Below, in pieces: positions 10,147 to 21,878 of a DNA stretch of 64,000 nucleotides. This DNA comes from Ignavibacteriota bacterium. GTDB taxonomy: Bacteria; Bacteroidota; Ignavibacteria; UBA10030; CAVZMI01. The first letter of the stretch is position 1, and each line of letters starts with the position of its first letter. The stretch is from assembly GCA_963776275.1 (NCBI GenBank), contig CAVZMI010000023.1, positions 160,001-224,000 of the forward strand. Reading direction: 5' to 3'. The position numbers were made by a program, and so were the translations under genes. The notes under the pieces were generated by a model. The model made no database searches, had not been told where the DNA came from, and worked only from the letters and a program-made list of their open reading frames with translations.

Positions 10147-10395
10147 TTCACCATCTCCATTGTTGGGTTATTAATAATTTAAAAACCCCCCATTCGAAAT
10201 AAATTATCGTAAAAAAATTGATAAGTAACAAGAGGTATATCAAGAAATTCAATCGGCTTTGCATTAATTTTATATCTCGTAAATAATCACGATATAAAAA
10301 AATATTAAAAAAGTAGCACCGTAGGAAGGCCAGGGTATTTTTTTAAGGATATTCCCTGTAATTGGTAAGAAAATATAAATCTTCACTGGATGGTG

Positions 10396-11055
10396 TTACA
10401 TTGTCATTTCTGAAAGCTTTCCATCTTTAAGCTGTACAACGCGGGCTCTAAGTTTCTTTATAAGTTCATGATTATGAGTAGCCATGAGTACTGCTGTACC
10501 GTGATTGTTAATTTCCTCCAGTGTTTGCATGATCTCTGCCGCTGATTCGGGATCGAGATTTCCGGTGGGTTCATCTGCTAGGAGGATGAACGGCTCGTTA
10601 ACCAGCGCGCGTGCAATTGCGACTCGCTGTTTCTCACCCCCGGAAATTTCATGCGGGAAAGAATTTCGTTTATGACTCAAGCCGACATCCGCAAGAACTC
10701 TCAGAACCCGCTTTTTAATCGTGCTCTTTCTGGAACCTGTCACGTGAAGCGCAAAGGCAACATTCTCAAAAACCGACCGGTCTTCAAATAACTTGAAATC
10801 TTGAAAGACCACGCCAATCTTTCTCCGGAGATAAGGAATTTGTCGGCGTCTTATTGTGGAGGAGGAATAATCGCCCACTTCAACTTCGCCGGTCTGAGGG
10901 AACAGATCCATGTAGATCAGCCGAAGCAGTGTGCTTTTTCCGACTCCTGTTACACCGATAAGAAATACAAATTCTCCCTGAAGTATTGTCAGATCCACGC
11001 CGTCAAGAACTTTTCGTGAATCGAAGGAATACTCAACATTTTTTATGGTGATCAT
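10396..11055 (-). CDS. ftsE: Cell division ATP-binding protein FtsE
   Basis: [45 protein letters not shown]. Confidence 0.92.
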   Translation of the reverse strand: MITIKNVEYSFDSRKVLDGVDLTILQGEFVFLIGVTGVGKSTLLRLIYMDLFPQTGEVEVGDYSSSTIRRRQIPYLRRKIGVVFQDFKLFEDRSVFENVAFALHVTGSRKSTIKKRVLRVLADVGLSHKRNSFPHEISGGEKQRVAIARALVNEPFILLADEPTGNLDPESAAEIMQTLEEINNHGTAVLMATHNHELIKKLRARVVQLKDGKLSEMTM

Positions 11056-12092
11056 ATGTATGCCTTTGATTTATCGATTGTTGATCGATTTCGTGAGGAA
11101 TGAAGCCTTCGGCGGCATGCTATGTGCCCCGCCATTACAATAGCTTCAACCATGCTGTTGGGATTTGCAATGTTTTTCCCTGCGATTTCAAATGCTGTCC
11201 CATGATCAGGTGATGTTCGAATAATTTGTAGACCGGCCGAGAAATTTACTCCACGACCGCGCGCAGTCATTTTTAACGGGATTAATCCCTGATCATGATA
11301 CATCGCTATAACTGCGTCGTATCGATGTGGAAACCACTGACTGAAAAATCCATCGGCTGGAAATCGGACCGCTAACCTTCAGGTTCTGGAGTCGTAGAAA
11401 TTCCACAGCAGGCTTTACAATGGTTAAATCTTCGTTTCCGATTAATCCTTCTTCACTCGCATGCGGATTTAAAGCAAGAAGCGCAATGGATGGTGTTCGA
11501 ATGCTAAAGTCATGCCGGAGTGTGAAATCGACGATAACAGTCGTCTCAAATATCTTCTCGATGGACAACGTTGAGGAAACGTCGCGGAGCGGCAGATGGA
11601 TTGTGACGAGACCGACCCGCATTGTCCTCGAAATAAGCATCATAACGACTTTTTGATTGCCGGAGAGTGCAGAAAGCATCTCTGTTTGTCCCGGATACCC
11701 GAATCCCGCCGCGTTTAATGTTTCTTTCGATATGGGGGCAGTTACCATTGCATCAACGACATGAGTACGGCAGAGATTTGCCGCATATTCAATGGCCCGG
11801 CCAGCACACAATCCTGCAGTGGAAGACAATCGACCAATCGAAATATCTCCCGCTGTCGCCGTCGGTATATCGAGAACCGGAATCGCCCGTCGATATTTCT
11901 TTGGAACCTCTGTAACTTTCTCGAGTGAGACGGGATATCGGAATTTCTTCCTGAAGAATTGAAAAATATCAAATGGCCCGATAAGGATAAAATGGTGATG
12001 CTGAAGAAGAGATCGGCGGGAGAGAGCTTTGAGCGTTATCTCAGGCCGACACCATTGAAATCACCGATTGTAATGGCAATTCGGGGTATCAT
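11052..12092 (-). CDS. pdxA: 4-hydroxythreonine-4-phosphate dehydrogenase, split by several frameshifts (probably sequence error)
   Basis: [16 protein letters not shown](PE) at 12092; [27 protein letters not shown] in 11293-11829; [19 protein letters not shown] in 11052-11303. Confidence 0.88.
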
Positions 12093-13453
12093 ATCTGTTC
12101 TACCCTCATCAAGGTATAACCCCCGTTCCGACTCTCATCTATGAAAATAAAACGTTTGTGTAGTTCAGGATATGTCCATATTTCAATGGGTGCTCCATTG
12201 GTAGGGAATAACCTCTCGGGAGAAGAGGGAATTCCGAAGAGAATCGATATTTTTCCCCGATCGGTTTTAGCTCCATCGGGAGATTTAATCGAAGCATACG
12301 CCGACTGTGCATAATCGATTCGCGAGTAATATTCTTCGAGCGCTTCATTGTATGCCGTACAGGGAGTCGGATCTTTTAATTTCCAGTATTTTTCGAAGGT
12401 ACGTATCTGTTCGTTGCGATCTAGCGCCTTAAGTGAATCAAATTCATTTTTACTGAGCTCATATATCAACATATCGATTGCATAATCAATCCTCATTAAT
12501 GAACGGGGCATCGACGGCCATCGTATGGTCATGAGTTTGCCGATTGTAATTTTTTTCTCTCCGTGAAGAATTTTCACTTCAATCATATATTGACCATAAT
12601 CAATCTGATCACCGTTAACATTGATGATTGCCGAACGGTTTCCATCCTGCGAGGGGATCAATGGAAATGCTGTCAATGAGTCATTAGAAAGTGAACCGAT
12701 TTGTGATCGATGAAGAATCAGAAAAGGAATGCTGTCATGAAACGAAAGATTTTTCTCGGCTGGATGATGCTCGTACTTGAAGAATTTAATCGTAATATTA
12801 CGGAGTGTATCGTAATCCGAGTGGGTTTCGAAATATAGCCTGAAATTTTCGCCTAAAAAAGCGTCCCCACCCCGTAAAAGTGGGTGGAGAACCTTTTCAT
12901 CGGTCGAATCGGGAGAGAGTATGATAATGTCCGATGTCGTGTACGGTTTTCGAAAATCCTTCAATATTTTTCTGAATGTATGATTGAATTTTCTTGTCGA
13001 TTCCAGATCACTTACCTCCACGATACAATCATACGTTCCCGGATCAAGATCGAAACATACTGTGTGGGTGATCGACTGCTGATGGATGTCGTTCTCGGCA
13101 AGAGGAGATAAACGGTTTAATTCCTTATGGACAATGTGCCTGGTTATTGAATTTTTAATTGTATCAAGGATTTCGATGCTTATTTCACCTTTAGCCGAAT
13201 ATGCAGCATTCTGACCGGGATTTTTCATAAATATGAAAAACGTCTGTGGAATATCGAATATGATAAGAAGTCGGCTCTTAAGACTGTCGAGTGAGGCGAG
13301 ATTAATAAGGTCGACATGGATGGGAGGCATCCCTGGTTTTTCCTGAAAATCCGGGGCATTCCGTGGAAATCTCTCTTGCTGACTCAGTGCAGAGCACGCT
13401 GTCAGAAAAATCAATGTGAGAAAGGAGCAGATGCTCATGCGGACGGTCTTCAT
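12089..13453 (-). CDS. GWxTD-domain secreted/lipoprotein
   Basis: YWKLKDPTP..NE..EEYYSR..DGAKTDRGKISILFGIP..EIWTY. Confidence 0.85.
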   Translation of the reverse strand: MKTVRMSICSFLTLIFLTACSALSQQERFPRNAPDFQEKPGMPPIHVDLINLASLDSLKSRLLIIFDIPQTFFIFMKNPGQNAAYSAKGEISIEILDTIKNSITRHIVHKELNRLSPLAENDIHQQSITHTVCFDLDPGTYDCIVEVSDLESTRKFNHTFRKILKDFRKPYTTSDIIILSPDSTDEKVLHPLLRGGDAFLGENFRLYFETHSDYDTLRNITIKFFKYEHHPAEKNLSFHDSIPFLILHRSQIGSLSNDSLTAFPLIPSQDGNRSAIINVNGDQIDYGQYMIEVKILHGEKKITIGKLMTIRWPSMPRSLMRIDYAIDMLIYELSKNEFDSLKALDRNEQIRTFEKYWKLKDPTPCTAYNEALEEYYSRIDYAQSAYASIKSPDGAKTDRGKISILFGIPSSPERLFPTNGAPIEIWTYPELHKRFIFIDESRNGGYTLMRVEQI

Positions 13454-13577
13454 ATGGCATAAGATAGATGATCAGTACCAATATATAATGTACATGCTTG
13501 CATATCGAAATGCAACCGCTGAACTAGGGATGTCTTCATTCCGATTGATGTAGCGCCAATGATGCAGGTGAAAAGTA

Positions 13578-15095
13578 CTATTGGAGTCGTTTCCAGTGCC
13601 GAAGCATTTCAGTCAATAATCGGACACCGACACCCGTACCTCCTTTGGGGATATAGTCGAGTGGTTCCTCGAGCATTGCAGTACCAGCAATATCGAGATG
13701 GACCCATGGGTAATCACCGGCAAATTTTTTCAAGAAACATCCGGCAGTAATCGCACCGGCCCATCGTCCCCCGGTGTTTTTCACATCGGCGATTTCGCTC
13801 TTAATGTGTTTCTCATATTCTTCGAAAAGAGGGAGCCGCCACACTCGCTCATAAGTCTTTTCACCCGCTATGGTCAACCTGGTCATAAGCTCCTCATTCG
13901 TTCCCATCATCCCTGTTGCATGGTGTCCGAGTGCGACGACGCAGGCTCCTGTCAATGTGGCGAGATCGATGATTGCATCGGGTTTGAAGCTCGAAGCGTA
14001 TGCCAGGGCATCGGCAAGAATAAGGCGTCCTTCCGCGTCTGTGTTATCGACTTCGGTCGTAGTGCCGTTATAATGACGAATGATGTCTCCCGGTTTAAGG
14101 GCGCGGCTACCGGGCATATTTTCGGTCGCAGGAATGAGACCTATGAGATGAATATTAAGTCTGAGTCGGGCGCACGCTTCAAATACCCCAATGACAGCAG
14201 CGGCACCGGACATATCCATTTTCATCTCTGCCATTCCTGACGACGGTTTGAGGGAAATGCCCCCTGAATCGAAAGTAATACCCTTTCCGACAAGGATAAT
14301 CGTATCGGTCTTTTTCTGTCCATATTCAAGAATGATAAATCGAGGCGGTTTTGAGCTTCCCTGACTCACTGCAAGTAATCCACCCATCCCCAGCTGTTTG
14401 ATTTTCTGTGAGTTAAATACTGACACTCTGAATCCATACCTGCGGGCAAGACGCCGGGTGATTCGGGCGAGCGTTTCAGGATAAATCTCGTTTGCAGGAG
14501 CATTTTCCAGATCACGCGCCAGAGAAGTTGCATCGTAGAAGAACCGACGCATATGCAACACTGCGGATCCCCTCGGCATGTCGCCGGCCATTGCCGTCAA
14601 ACACAGTAAGCGAGGTGATCTTTTTTATCTTTTTCTCTTTATTTGTGATATATTTGTCGAATATATAAAGAGATAGTGATGCTCCTTCCGCAATAGCCTG
14701 AACCATATCGGCATATGAGCATTGTAGAATATTCTTGACAGCGGTATAATCAAACACCTCAATTGCGAGCGATTGAATTTTATAGCTTCGTGCCCGTTTT
14801 GCTGCTCCAGCTGTGGCTCGGCGTATTTTCTCGAGGGTCAGTTTTTTTTGATCACCGAGTCCTACAATTATCAACCGCCGGCAATGGAGTCCGACTTTTG
14901 GATATATAACGACGAGTTCTCCTTCCTTACCTCGAAAATCTTTCGTCTTGATGTATGGTGCAAGCTGATTTCCTGCTATCTGATCGAGTTCTGCAGTTCG
15001 TGCTCGGAATTGTCCGGCATTCTCGCAGACAAACACTGCGGCAGCGTCGGTTCTTTTATGCGGCGTAGTGATGCATGTTGAAATTGAAGTCTCAT
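13578..15095 (-). CDS. pepA: Leucyl aminopeptidase (M17), frameshifted near 15055 and about 14550
   Basis: GKGITFDSGG, MKMDM, NTDAEGRL, DLATLTGA, HLDIAG; N-terminal domain in 14512-15036 frame; ATG at 15095 with gaggg SD. Confidence 0.9.
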
Positions 15096-15114
15096 TTTTT
15101 CCCTCACAGTTTGC

Positions 15115-16137
15115 TCAATGTATAAATGAACTCACACGTGCAAGCACCCGTTGGATAACGACATCGAGAGGAACGCCGTTTATCCGTGCGCCGGCTGCAT
15201 TTATATGGCCGTTGCCGCCAAATTCTTGTGCGAGTTTGTTGATAGGGATATCTCCTTTTGATCGAAAACTAATTTTCACTTCGTCAGGTTGCTCTATGAA
15301 TAGCAGTCCGACGCGAATACCGCCAATTCCGAGTATATAGTTTGTAAATCCGTCGGTATCTACATCAGATGTTTGCGTTTCCTTGAACATTTTCCGGGTA
15401 ATGACGCCATATGAGACTGTCCCATCATGTGTTGTGGCGAGTCCTGAAAGCATTTGCCCGAGTAAACGCATCCGGTTGATCGGTCCACATTCGTACACAT
15501 GACTGTAAATTTCAGTCGGATCAGCCCCATGTTGAATCAAATCGGCAGTGATCTGGTGGATCTCCGGATCAGTTTTTGGAAATCTGAATGATCCAGTATC
15601 GGTCATGATTGCGGTATATAAAGCTGTTGAAACCTCGGCAGTGAGAACATTCGGATCTATTTGCTGAATCAGCCGATAGATGATCTCACCCGTGGCGGTT
15701 GCTTCAAAATCGATGATCGAAAATGGCCCGACATTTACAGGTTCGGGATGATGGTCGATGATAATTTTTAGCGCCGGACTTTCAAAGACAGCCTGTCCCA
15801 TCGAGCGTAATCGAATGGGGGCATTGGTATCGACGAGGAAAATCACTTCGGCGTTTAATATCAGCGGCCGGTGTCGTGAAGCATCATACAATTCGATAAA
15901 ACCATGCGGATCCAGAAAAAGAAAATTGGGGGGAGTAGTGTCGTAATTGATAATTCGGACATCCTTATTGCGGGTACGGAGCAATGCTGCGAGGGCAAGT
16001 TGACTTCCAAGTCCGTCGCCATCGGGATTCACATGGGTTGTCAGAACAAACCGGTGATGCGATTCAATGAGAGATCGAAAGTGATCCACGAGAAACTCCC
16101 TATAAAAACCGGAGATACCAAAAAGCCCCGTAGGCAA
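15115..16137 (-). CDS. nrnA: DHH/DHHA1 oligoribonuclease / pAp phosphatase
   Basis: HVNPDGD, IDHH, TDTGSF, SFRS, GGNGH motifs. Confidence 0.88.
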   Translation of the reverse strand: MPTGLFGISGFYREFLVDHFRSLIESHHRFVLTTHVNPDGDGLGSQLALAALLRTRNKDVRIINYDTTPPNFLFLDPHGFIELYDASRHRPLILNAEVIFLVDTNAPIRLRSMGQAVFESPALKIIIDHHPEPVNVGPFSIIDFEATATGEIIYRLIQQIDPNVLTAEVSTALYTAIMTDTGSFRFPKTDPEIHQITADLIQHGADPTEIYSHVYECGPINRMRLLGQMLSGLATTHDGTVSYGVITRKMFKETQTSDVDTDGFTNYILGIGGIRVGLLFIEQPDEVKISFRSKGDIPINKLAQEFGGNGHINAAGARINGVPLDVVIQRVLARVSSFIH

Positions 16138-16179
16138 ATGTCGGGGCTGTGTATGGAAAAATCTGTCAGACCATCGGAC

Positions 16180-17220
16180 TTATTTGATTGTCCATGTTTC
16201 CCCCGATTCGAATAACGTCTTCAAATCGGCAGTTCCTTGTTTTGCCTTTGCTTGTTCAATTTGTTGAAGCATTACATCCTCGTACACCGGTCGTTCCTTC
16301 ACGTGAAAAATACCCATAGGTCTGGGCAGGTCTGGGTAGTCTTCCAGAGTCGCCATGATGAATGCAAGCGCATGATCTTTCTCATCGAAAACAACAACGT
16401 CATTAACCGTATACTTTCCGTCATCGATGGTAATCGCTTCGGGAATTAATCCGTTCAGTCTGATACCGCGATTTCGCCTTTTCCCGAATAGAAGAGGTTT
16501 GCCATGCTCAAGATATACGACATGGTCGTCTTTGGTTTCTTTTTCGGTCAGGAGTTCGAATGCACCGTCGTTGAAGACATTACAATTCTGATAGATTTCA
16601 ATGAACGCCGTTCCTCTATGTCCGGCTGCACGTCTGAGCACATATTGAAGATGTTTCGGGTCCCGGTCTATTGTCCGGGCGACAAATGTTCCGCTTGATC
16701 CCAGTGCCACCAGAATAGGATGGAATGGAAAATCGATCGATCCATACGGCGTAGATTTTGTGATTTTTCCAGATTCGGATGTCGGTGAGTACTGTCCCTT
16801 CGTCAATCCGTAAATTTGGTTGTTGAACAGAAGGACTTTGATATTTAGATTCCGTCGTATCAAATGAATCATATGATTTCCCCCGATACTCAGTCCATCA
16901 CCATCACCCGTGACGACCCAGACTGACAGATCGGGATTTGCCATTTTCACTCCCGAGGCGATCGCTGTTGCACGACCGTGGATTCCGTGAAATCCGTAGG
17001 TCTCCATGTAATAGGGGAAGCGGCTCGAACAGCCGATTCCGGACACAAAGACGGTCTTCTCGCGTGGGATTCCAAGTTCAGGCATGATCCGCTGGACCTG
17101 TGCGAGGATTGAATAGTCACCGCATCCCGGACACCAGCGTGGATCCTGATCGGATGCGAAGTCTTTTGGAGTGTTCTTTTTCAGCGCGGCGCTGATCGTG
17201 TTGTCCGTTGGAGTTGTCAT
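16180..17220 (-). CDS. korB: 2-oxoacid:ferredoxin oxidoreductase subunit beta
   Basis: WCPGCGD, SGIGCSSR, GDGD..NNQIYGLTKGQ TPP-binding motif. Confidence 0.9.
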   Translation of the reverse strand: MTTPTDNTISAALKKNTPKDFASDQDPRWCPGCGDYSILAQVQRIMPELGIPREKTVFVSGIGCSSRFPYYMETYGFHGIHGRATAIASGVKMANPDLSVWVVTGDGDGLSIGGNHMIHLIRRNLNIKVLLFNNQIYGLTKGQYSPTSESGKITKSTPYGSIDFPFHPILVALGSSGTFVARTIDRDPKHLQYVLRRAAGHRGTAFIEIYQNCNVFNDGAFELLTEKETKDDHVVYLEHGKPLLFGKRRNRGIRLNGLIPEAITIDDGKYTVNDVVVFDEKDHALAFIMATLEDYPDLPRPMGIFHVKERPVYEDVMLQQIEQAKAKQGTADLKTLFESGETWTIK

Positions 17221-17230
17221 CGTTGTCCAG

Positions 17231-19063
17231 TTATCCTCTTAATATTTCATTAATCTTCTGCTCAACATCGGCCGCACGAAGTGGTAATCCTTTGATAAGA
17301 TTTAAACCGACAGCCGGGACAAGGTATTGCGATCGAAGAATCTTGATTAGCTGTCCGTTGTTAATCTCGGGGACTAAAACCTGTTTGAAATTATGGAGAA
17401 TTTCACCGAGATTTTTCGGGAATGGATTAATGTATCGAACCTGGACATGAGAGACCGATTTCCCCCGCTGTCGCATGTTTGTAACGGCCTCTCTGATTGC
17501 TCCGTACGTTCCACCCCATCCGACAATAAGGAGGTCGCCTTCGGTGTCGCCTTCTATTGTTTGAAGGGGGATATCGTTGACAATACGATCGATTTTTTCC
17601 TGGCGGAGTTTTACCATTAAGTGATGATTCTCCGGATCATAGCTGATGTTGCCATTAATATTTGCTTTTTCAAGTCCGCCTATCCGGTGTTCGAGTCCCG
17701 GAGTTCCCGGAATTGCCCAGGGGCGGGCGAGAGTTTTTTCATCACGAATGTACGGTTGGAAGGTGTCCTTGTCGGTGCAAAATTTTACCCTGAGGTCAGG
17801 GAGTGATTCCGGTTCAGGAATTCTCCACGGTTCGGAACCATTTCCCAGATAGCCGTCTGTCAGACAGATGACCGGCGTCATATATTTCAGTGCGATGCGT
17901 GCCGATTCGAAAGCAGCATAGAAGCAGTCAGCCGGACTTGTAGCTGCGATTACAGGGACAGGAGCTTCTCCATTGCGGCCGTACATCGCCTGGAGTAGGT
18001 CACCTTGTTCAGTTTTCGTTGGCAATCCGGTACTTGGCCCGCCGCGCTGGACATCGACGACGACAAGAGGAAGTTCAGTCATGACTGCCAATCCGATGGC
18101 TTCGGTTTTAAGTGAGAGTCCGGGACCGCTTGTTGTCGATGCACCCAGCGCGCCTGCAAACGATGCGCCTATGGCGCTGGTTATACCGGCGATTTCATCC
18201 TCGGCCTGGAATGTCTTCACTCCGGCGTTATTATATTTTGAAAGCTCGTGGAGGATCTCACTTGCAGGAGTGATAGGATAGCTGCCGAGGAACAAGTCTA
18301 ATCCGGCTCGTTGGGCGGCTGCGACCAGACCGAGTGCAGTGGCTTCATTTCCTGTTAAGTTGCGGTATTTCCCTGGTTTCAGTTTAGCAGATTTGACTTC
18401 ATATCGTTCAGTAAATAATTCTGTTGTTTCGCCATAATTCCAGCCGGCTTTTAAAACCCGAAGATTTGACTCTGCGATATCCGGTTTGTTGGCAAATTTC
18501 GTTTTTATCCACTTGATAGACGGTTCCATTGGCCGATCATACAACCAGAACATCACTCCGAGTGCGAAAAAATTCTTTGTACGATCGATCACCTTTGGTG
18601 AGAGTCTCATCCCCGACAACGCCGCTTCGGTCAATTTATTGATATCGATTTTATAGGTTTGATATTTTTTTAGTGACCCGTCATCGAGAGGATTCGATGT
18701 ATAGCCGGCGAGTTTTAGATTTTTATCGTTGAATGACCCCGTGTTTGCAATGATAATTCCGTCTTCGCGTAGTATCCGCAGATTTACTTTCAGTGCAGCC
18801 GGGTTCATCACAACCAGTACATCGCACATATCGCCTGGAGTCATAATCTCGACGCTGCCGAAATGAATTTGAAATCCACTGACGCCTGAAGGTGTACCGG
18901 CGGGTGCACGGATTTCTGCAGGATAATCCGGAAGGGTACTTAAATCGTTCCCGAGAGCGGCTGATGCATTCGTAAAATGGGTCCCGGTGAGCTGCATTCC
19001 GTCACCGGAATCACCGGCGAAGCGTATCGTGACATTGTCAAGCGTCTTAATACTTTTTGCCAT
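17231..19063 (-). CDS. korA: 2-oxoacid:ferredoxin oxidoreductase subunit alpha (gamma-alpha fusion)
   Basis: [34 protein letters not shown]. Confidence 0.9.
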   Translation of the reverse strand: MAKSIKTLDNVTIRFAGDSGDGMQLTGTHFTNASAALGNDLSTLPDYPAEIRAPAGTPSGVSGFQIHFGSVEIMTPGDMCDVLVVMNPAALKVNLRILREDGIIIANTGSFNDKNLKLAGYTSNPLDDGSLKKYQTYKIDINKLTEAALSGMRLSPKVIDRTKNFFALGVMFWLYDRPMEPSIKWIKTKFANKPDIAESNLRVLKAGWNYGETTELFTERYEVKSAKLKPGKYRNLTGNEATALGLVAAAQRAGLDLFLGSYPITPASEILHELSKYNNAGVKTFQAEDEIAGITSAIGASFAGALGASTTSGPGLSLKTEAIGLAVMTELPLVVVDVQRGGPSTGLPTKTEQGDLLQAMYGRNGEAPVPVIAATSPADCFYAAFESARIALKYMTPVICLTDGYLGNGSEPWRIPEPESLPDLRVKFCTDKDTFQPYIRDEKTLARPWAIPGTPGLEHRIGGLEKANINGNISYDPENHHLMVKLRQEKIDRIVNDIPLQTIEGDTEGDLLIVGWGGTYGAIREAVTNMRQRGKSVSHVQVRYINPFPKNLGEILHNFKQVLVPEINNGQLIKILRSQYLVPAVGLNLIKGLPLRAADVEQKINEILRG

Positions 19064-19200
19064 CGTATTCAATCACCTCACCTCGAACCGTGAGAATTCT
19101 TACTCGTGCAAACATTGCCGGAGAGAATAAAGTTGCATGTAGCAACCGGTCTCAGAATGAAAGACGCTTTTCTCACCGGAAAGGCTTTTCGGTGTCGAGA

Positions 19201-19644
19201 TTATTCGGCAACAACCCACACTTTGAGTGTCGATGTTACTTTTGGGTGCAGTTTTACTGGAACTTCGTATACTCCAAGAGCTTTGATTGGTTCATCAAGC
19301 TCGATACTTCGCTTATCAATTGTTATTCCCTGGGCTTCGAGCTGTTCTGCAATCATCTGTGATGTTACAGATCCGTACAGTTTATCTTCTTCGCCCACTT
19401 TCATTTTCAGAGTCACCGAAGTGGTCGACAGGGTTGCACCGAGATTGTTGGCCGATTTTTTCTCTTTTCCATGTCGGCGTTCGTTTTGACGTTTTTCTTC
19501 TTCGAGAGCGCGAAGAGAACCCTCCGTTGCCTGGTAGGCAATATTCCGTGGAAGAAGATAGTTGCGTGCATAGCCGTCCTTTACTTCGACGACGTCCCCT
19601 ATATGACCGAGTGCTTCATAATCTTGTCGCAAAATAACTTTCAT
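19201..19644 (-). CDS. rplI: 50S ribosomal protein L9
   Basis: MKVIL..VKDGYARNYLLP..KLYGSVT. Confidence 0.98.
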   Translation of the reverse strand: MKVILRQDYEALGHIGDVVEVKDGYARNYLLPRNIAYQATEGSLRALEEEKRQNERRHGKEKKSANNLGATLSTTSVTLKMKVGEEDKLYGSVTSQMIAEQLEAQGITIDKRSIELDEPIKALGVYEVPVKLHPKVTSTLKVWVVAE

Positions 19645-19810
19645 AAGAGCTCCATTAAAAAAATCATCAACACGTCATCATCTCTCATGGAGTACAAATA
19701 GAGAGTCATGATGAGTTGTTTATAATTCACGCCGTATCGCGGAGAAAGCATTTCTGTCTTCCATTAACGGCGAGGGTGTTCTCTCTTTGCTTTGAGGTAC
19801 TCGAGAGAGA

Positions 19811-20050
19811 CTAACGGATTGTATCAGAAACGAATGGAAGCAGCGCAAGATGTCGTGCCCGCTTGATTGCCTGCACAAGCTGACGCTGATGCTTCGCACA
19901 TGTACCGGTGATCCTTTTCGGAATAATTTTTCCTTGTTCGGTTACAAAACGATGAAGTCTTTTCTCATCTTTGTAATCGATATAGATTTCTTTATTCTCG
20001 CAGAACCGGCAATTTCGTTTTTTCCGTACCTGATTATTCTCCTTCAACAT
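19811..20050 (-). CDS. rpsR: 30S ribosomal protein S18
   Basis: [25 protein letters not shown]. Confidence 0.97.
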   Translation of the reverse strand: MLKENNQVRKKRNCRFCENKEIYIDYKDEKRLHRFVTEQGKIIPKRITGTCAKHQRQLVQAIKRARHLALLPFVSDTIR

Positions 20051-20095
20051 TATTCTCCTTTGCGCTGTGTTGTGCGATCGGCGGAATCCCTATGC

Positions 20096-20572
20096 TCATT
20101 GATTCCGTAACAGGTGTGGTTCACCGTCTTTAATGAATCGATCGAAAGAGTCATCCTCGAATGAGTTAGATTCTTCTTCGTGTGGAACCTTTGCCTGTTC
20201 GATTTCTGCTTCATTATAAGTTCGGGTCCGTTTGTTGAGGAATTGAATGCGTCGTGCTTTGACTTCCACAACAGAGCGATTGGACCCGTCCTCCGCTTTC
20301 CAGGTTCGGCTTTGCAGCTCGCCATCGATGAGAACAGCGTTCCCTTTCTTCAGACGGTCCCGGCAGCTTTCAGCCAGTTTATTCCATGCTACCACACCGA
20401 CATAGCAGACATCTTCCTGCCATTGATTGTTCGCATCGCGGTATTTCCGATTTGATGCGATTGAAAAATTGATCACAGGAGTCCCGTTTGTCGTTTGGCG
20501 GCAGATGGGATCTTTCGTCAGATTTCCTGCGATGATCACAGAATTCAATTCTGGTATTTTTAAATCTGCCAT
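20096..20572 (-). CDS. ssb: Single-stranded DNA-binding protein
   Basis: NSVIIAGNLTKDP OB fold, between rpsF and rpsR. Confidence 0.93.
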   Translation of the reverse strand: MADLKIPELNSVIIAGNLTKDPICRQTTNGTPVINFSIASNRKYRDANNQWQEDVCYVGVVAWNKLAESCRDRLKKGNAVLIDGELQSRTWKAEDGSNRSVVEVKARRIQFLNKRTRTYNEAEIEQAKVPHEEESNSFEDDSFDRFIKDGEPHLLRNQ

Positions 20573-20665
20573 CAGTTCATCTCCATGTAGGCAATAATAC
20601 TATAACTCATTTGAGTGTACTTTATAATGCACATCACATGAATTTTCTGATAATACTACTTGTGT

Positions 20666-21085
20666 TTATTCTGTTATCGCGACCACCAGTGGATCTACGA
20701 CGGCTTCACCCGCCAGATCTGGTAATACCGGGGCTGCCGCTGGTTCTTCCTCAGCCCGTGCAACCGAGCGCCGTGCCTTCAGAGCTTTCGTATCCAATTG
20801 TACTGTTAAATAGCGTATGATATTTTCATCGAGCTGGTAGTGACGCTCAAGTTTGGCAACAGCATCACCCTTTGCAGAAAATATGAGAACGATATAGAAG
20901 CCGTTGTTTTTCTTCTGGATAGGATAGGCGAGCCGCTTGCGACCCCATTTCTCGACCGCTGTAACCGTGCTCCCATTCTTGACGAGTAATTCTTGAACGC
21001 GGGCAATGACAGCTTCGGTCTGAGCATCATCAAGCGTTGCGTTAATGATGAACGTTGTCTCGTAGTTACGTGTCAATGTGTCCAT
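20666..21085 (-). CDS. rpsF: 30S ribosomal protein S6
   Basis: YETTFI..WGRKRLAYPI..IIRYL; strong SD ggaggtg before ATG 21085. Confidence 0.97.
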   Translation of the reverse strand: MDTLTRNYETTFIINATLDDAQTEAVIARVQELLVKNGSTVTAVEKWGRKRLAYPIQKKNNGFYIVLIFSAKGDAVAKLERHYQLDENIIRYLTVQLDTKALKARRSVARAEEEPAAAPVLPDLAGEAVVDPLVVAITE

Positions 21086-21089
21086 GTAT

Positions 21090-21263
21090 TCACCTCCTTT
21101 GGACGTTTCTTGTACCGCTCCAACTATCATTTTAAAAATTAACTGTGTTGGATTGTGTACTGTGCCCCCTTTTTTTGAATGGTACGAAAAGTAGGAAGGG
21201 CACTTGTTCGAAATTAACCCCAGGATAGTAGCCTTTTCGTCCAGGCTAACCCCGGAGTAGGAT
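21090..21263 (-). promoter_or_regulatory. Candidate S6:S18 autoregulatory mRNA leader
   Basis: Minus strand reads cctactcc...ggagcgg...gtccaaaggaggtg-ATG, resembling rpsF leaders; internal hairpins (tagcc..ggcta, gtgccc..gggcac). Confidence 0.45.
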
Positions 21264-21269
21264 TTTATA

Positions 21270-21851
21270 TTATACCTCCGGCCGTGTGTTCCACCGATTC
21301 ATTGCAGCGTCAATGCCTTCTTCGATCCAGTATTGAAGTGCATCCGCTGCCTGAAGAATCATCGCTCGAACACCTTCTCGTTCTTCGGGTATGAAAGGTG
21401 ATAGAACGAAATCAACCGAGTTCAACCGTGTAGCATCCTGTGCCGTGCTTTGTATTCCGCATCTCAAGCGAGGTATTTCCTCACTCTGCAGGTGATAAAT
21501 AATCGATCCCATGCCGTTGTGTCCGCCGTCGCTTCCCTGTGGTCGGAACCGAAGTGTTCCTATCGGCAGATGGACATCATCATAAACAATAATCAGATTA
21601 ATAAGTTCAATTTTAAACCGTTCAACAACATCTCGAACAGCACAGCCGCTATTGTTCATCATTGTTGTCGGTTTGACCAGAACAATATCTTCGTTGTTGA
21701 TATTCCCCGACGCGATCCAGTAATCGCCCTTTCCCGGCCTGAATGAAATTTTCCTCTGCTCGGCTATGGTATCGACAACGGCAAATCCGATATTATGCCG
21801 GGTCTCAGCGTATGCCGATCCAGGATTACCGAGTCCAATAATGATATGCAC
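21270..21851 (-). CDS. pth: Peptidyl-tRNA hydrolase
   Basis: GLGNPG..TRHNIGF..KPTTMMNNSG..GGHNG. Confidence 0.96.
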   Translation of the reverse strand: MHIIIGLGNPGSAYAETRHNIGFAVVDTIAEQRKISFRPGKGDYWIASGNINNEDIVLVKPTTMMNNSGCAVRDVVERFKIELINLIIVYDDVHLPIGTLRFRPQGSDGGHNGMGSIIYHLQSEEIPRLRCGIQSTAQDATRLNSVDFVLSPFIPEEREGVRAMILQAADALQYWIEEGIDAAMNRWNTRPEV

Positions 21852-21878
21852 GGGAGTCGGCAGATTCTTCGAAAGAGA

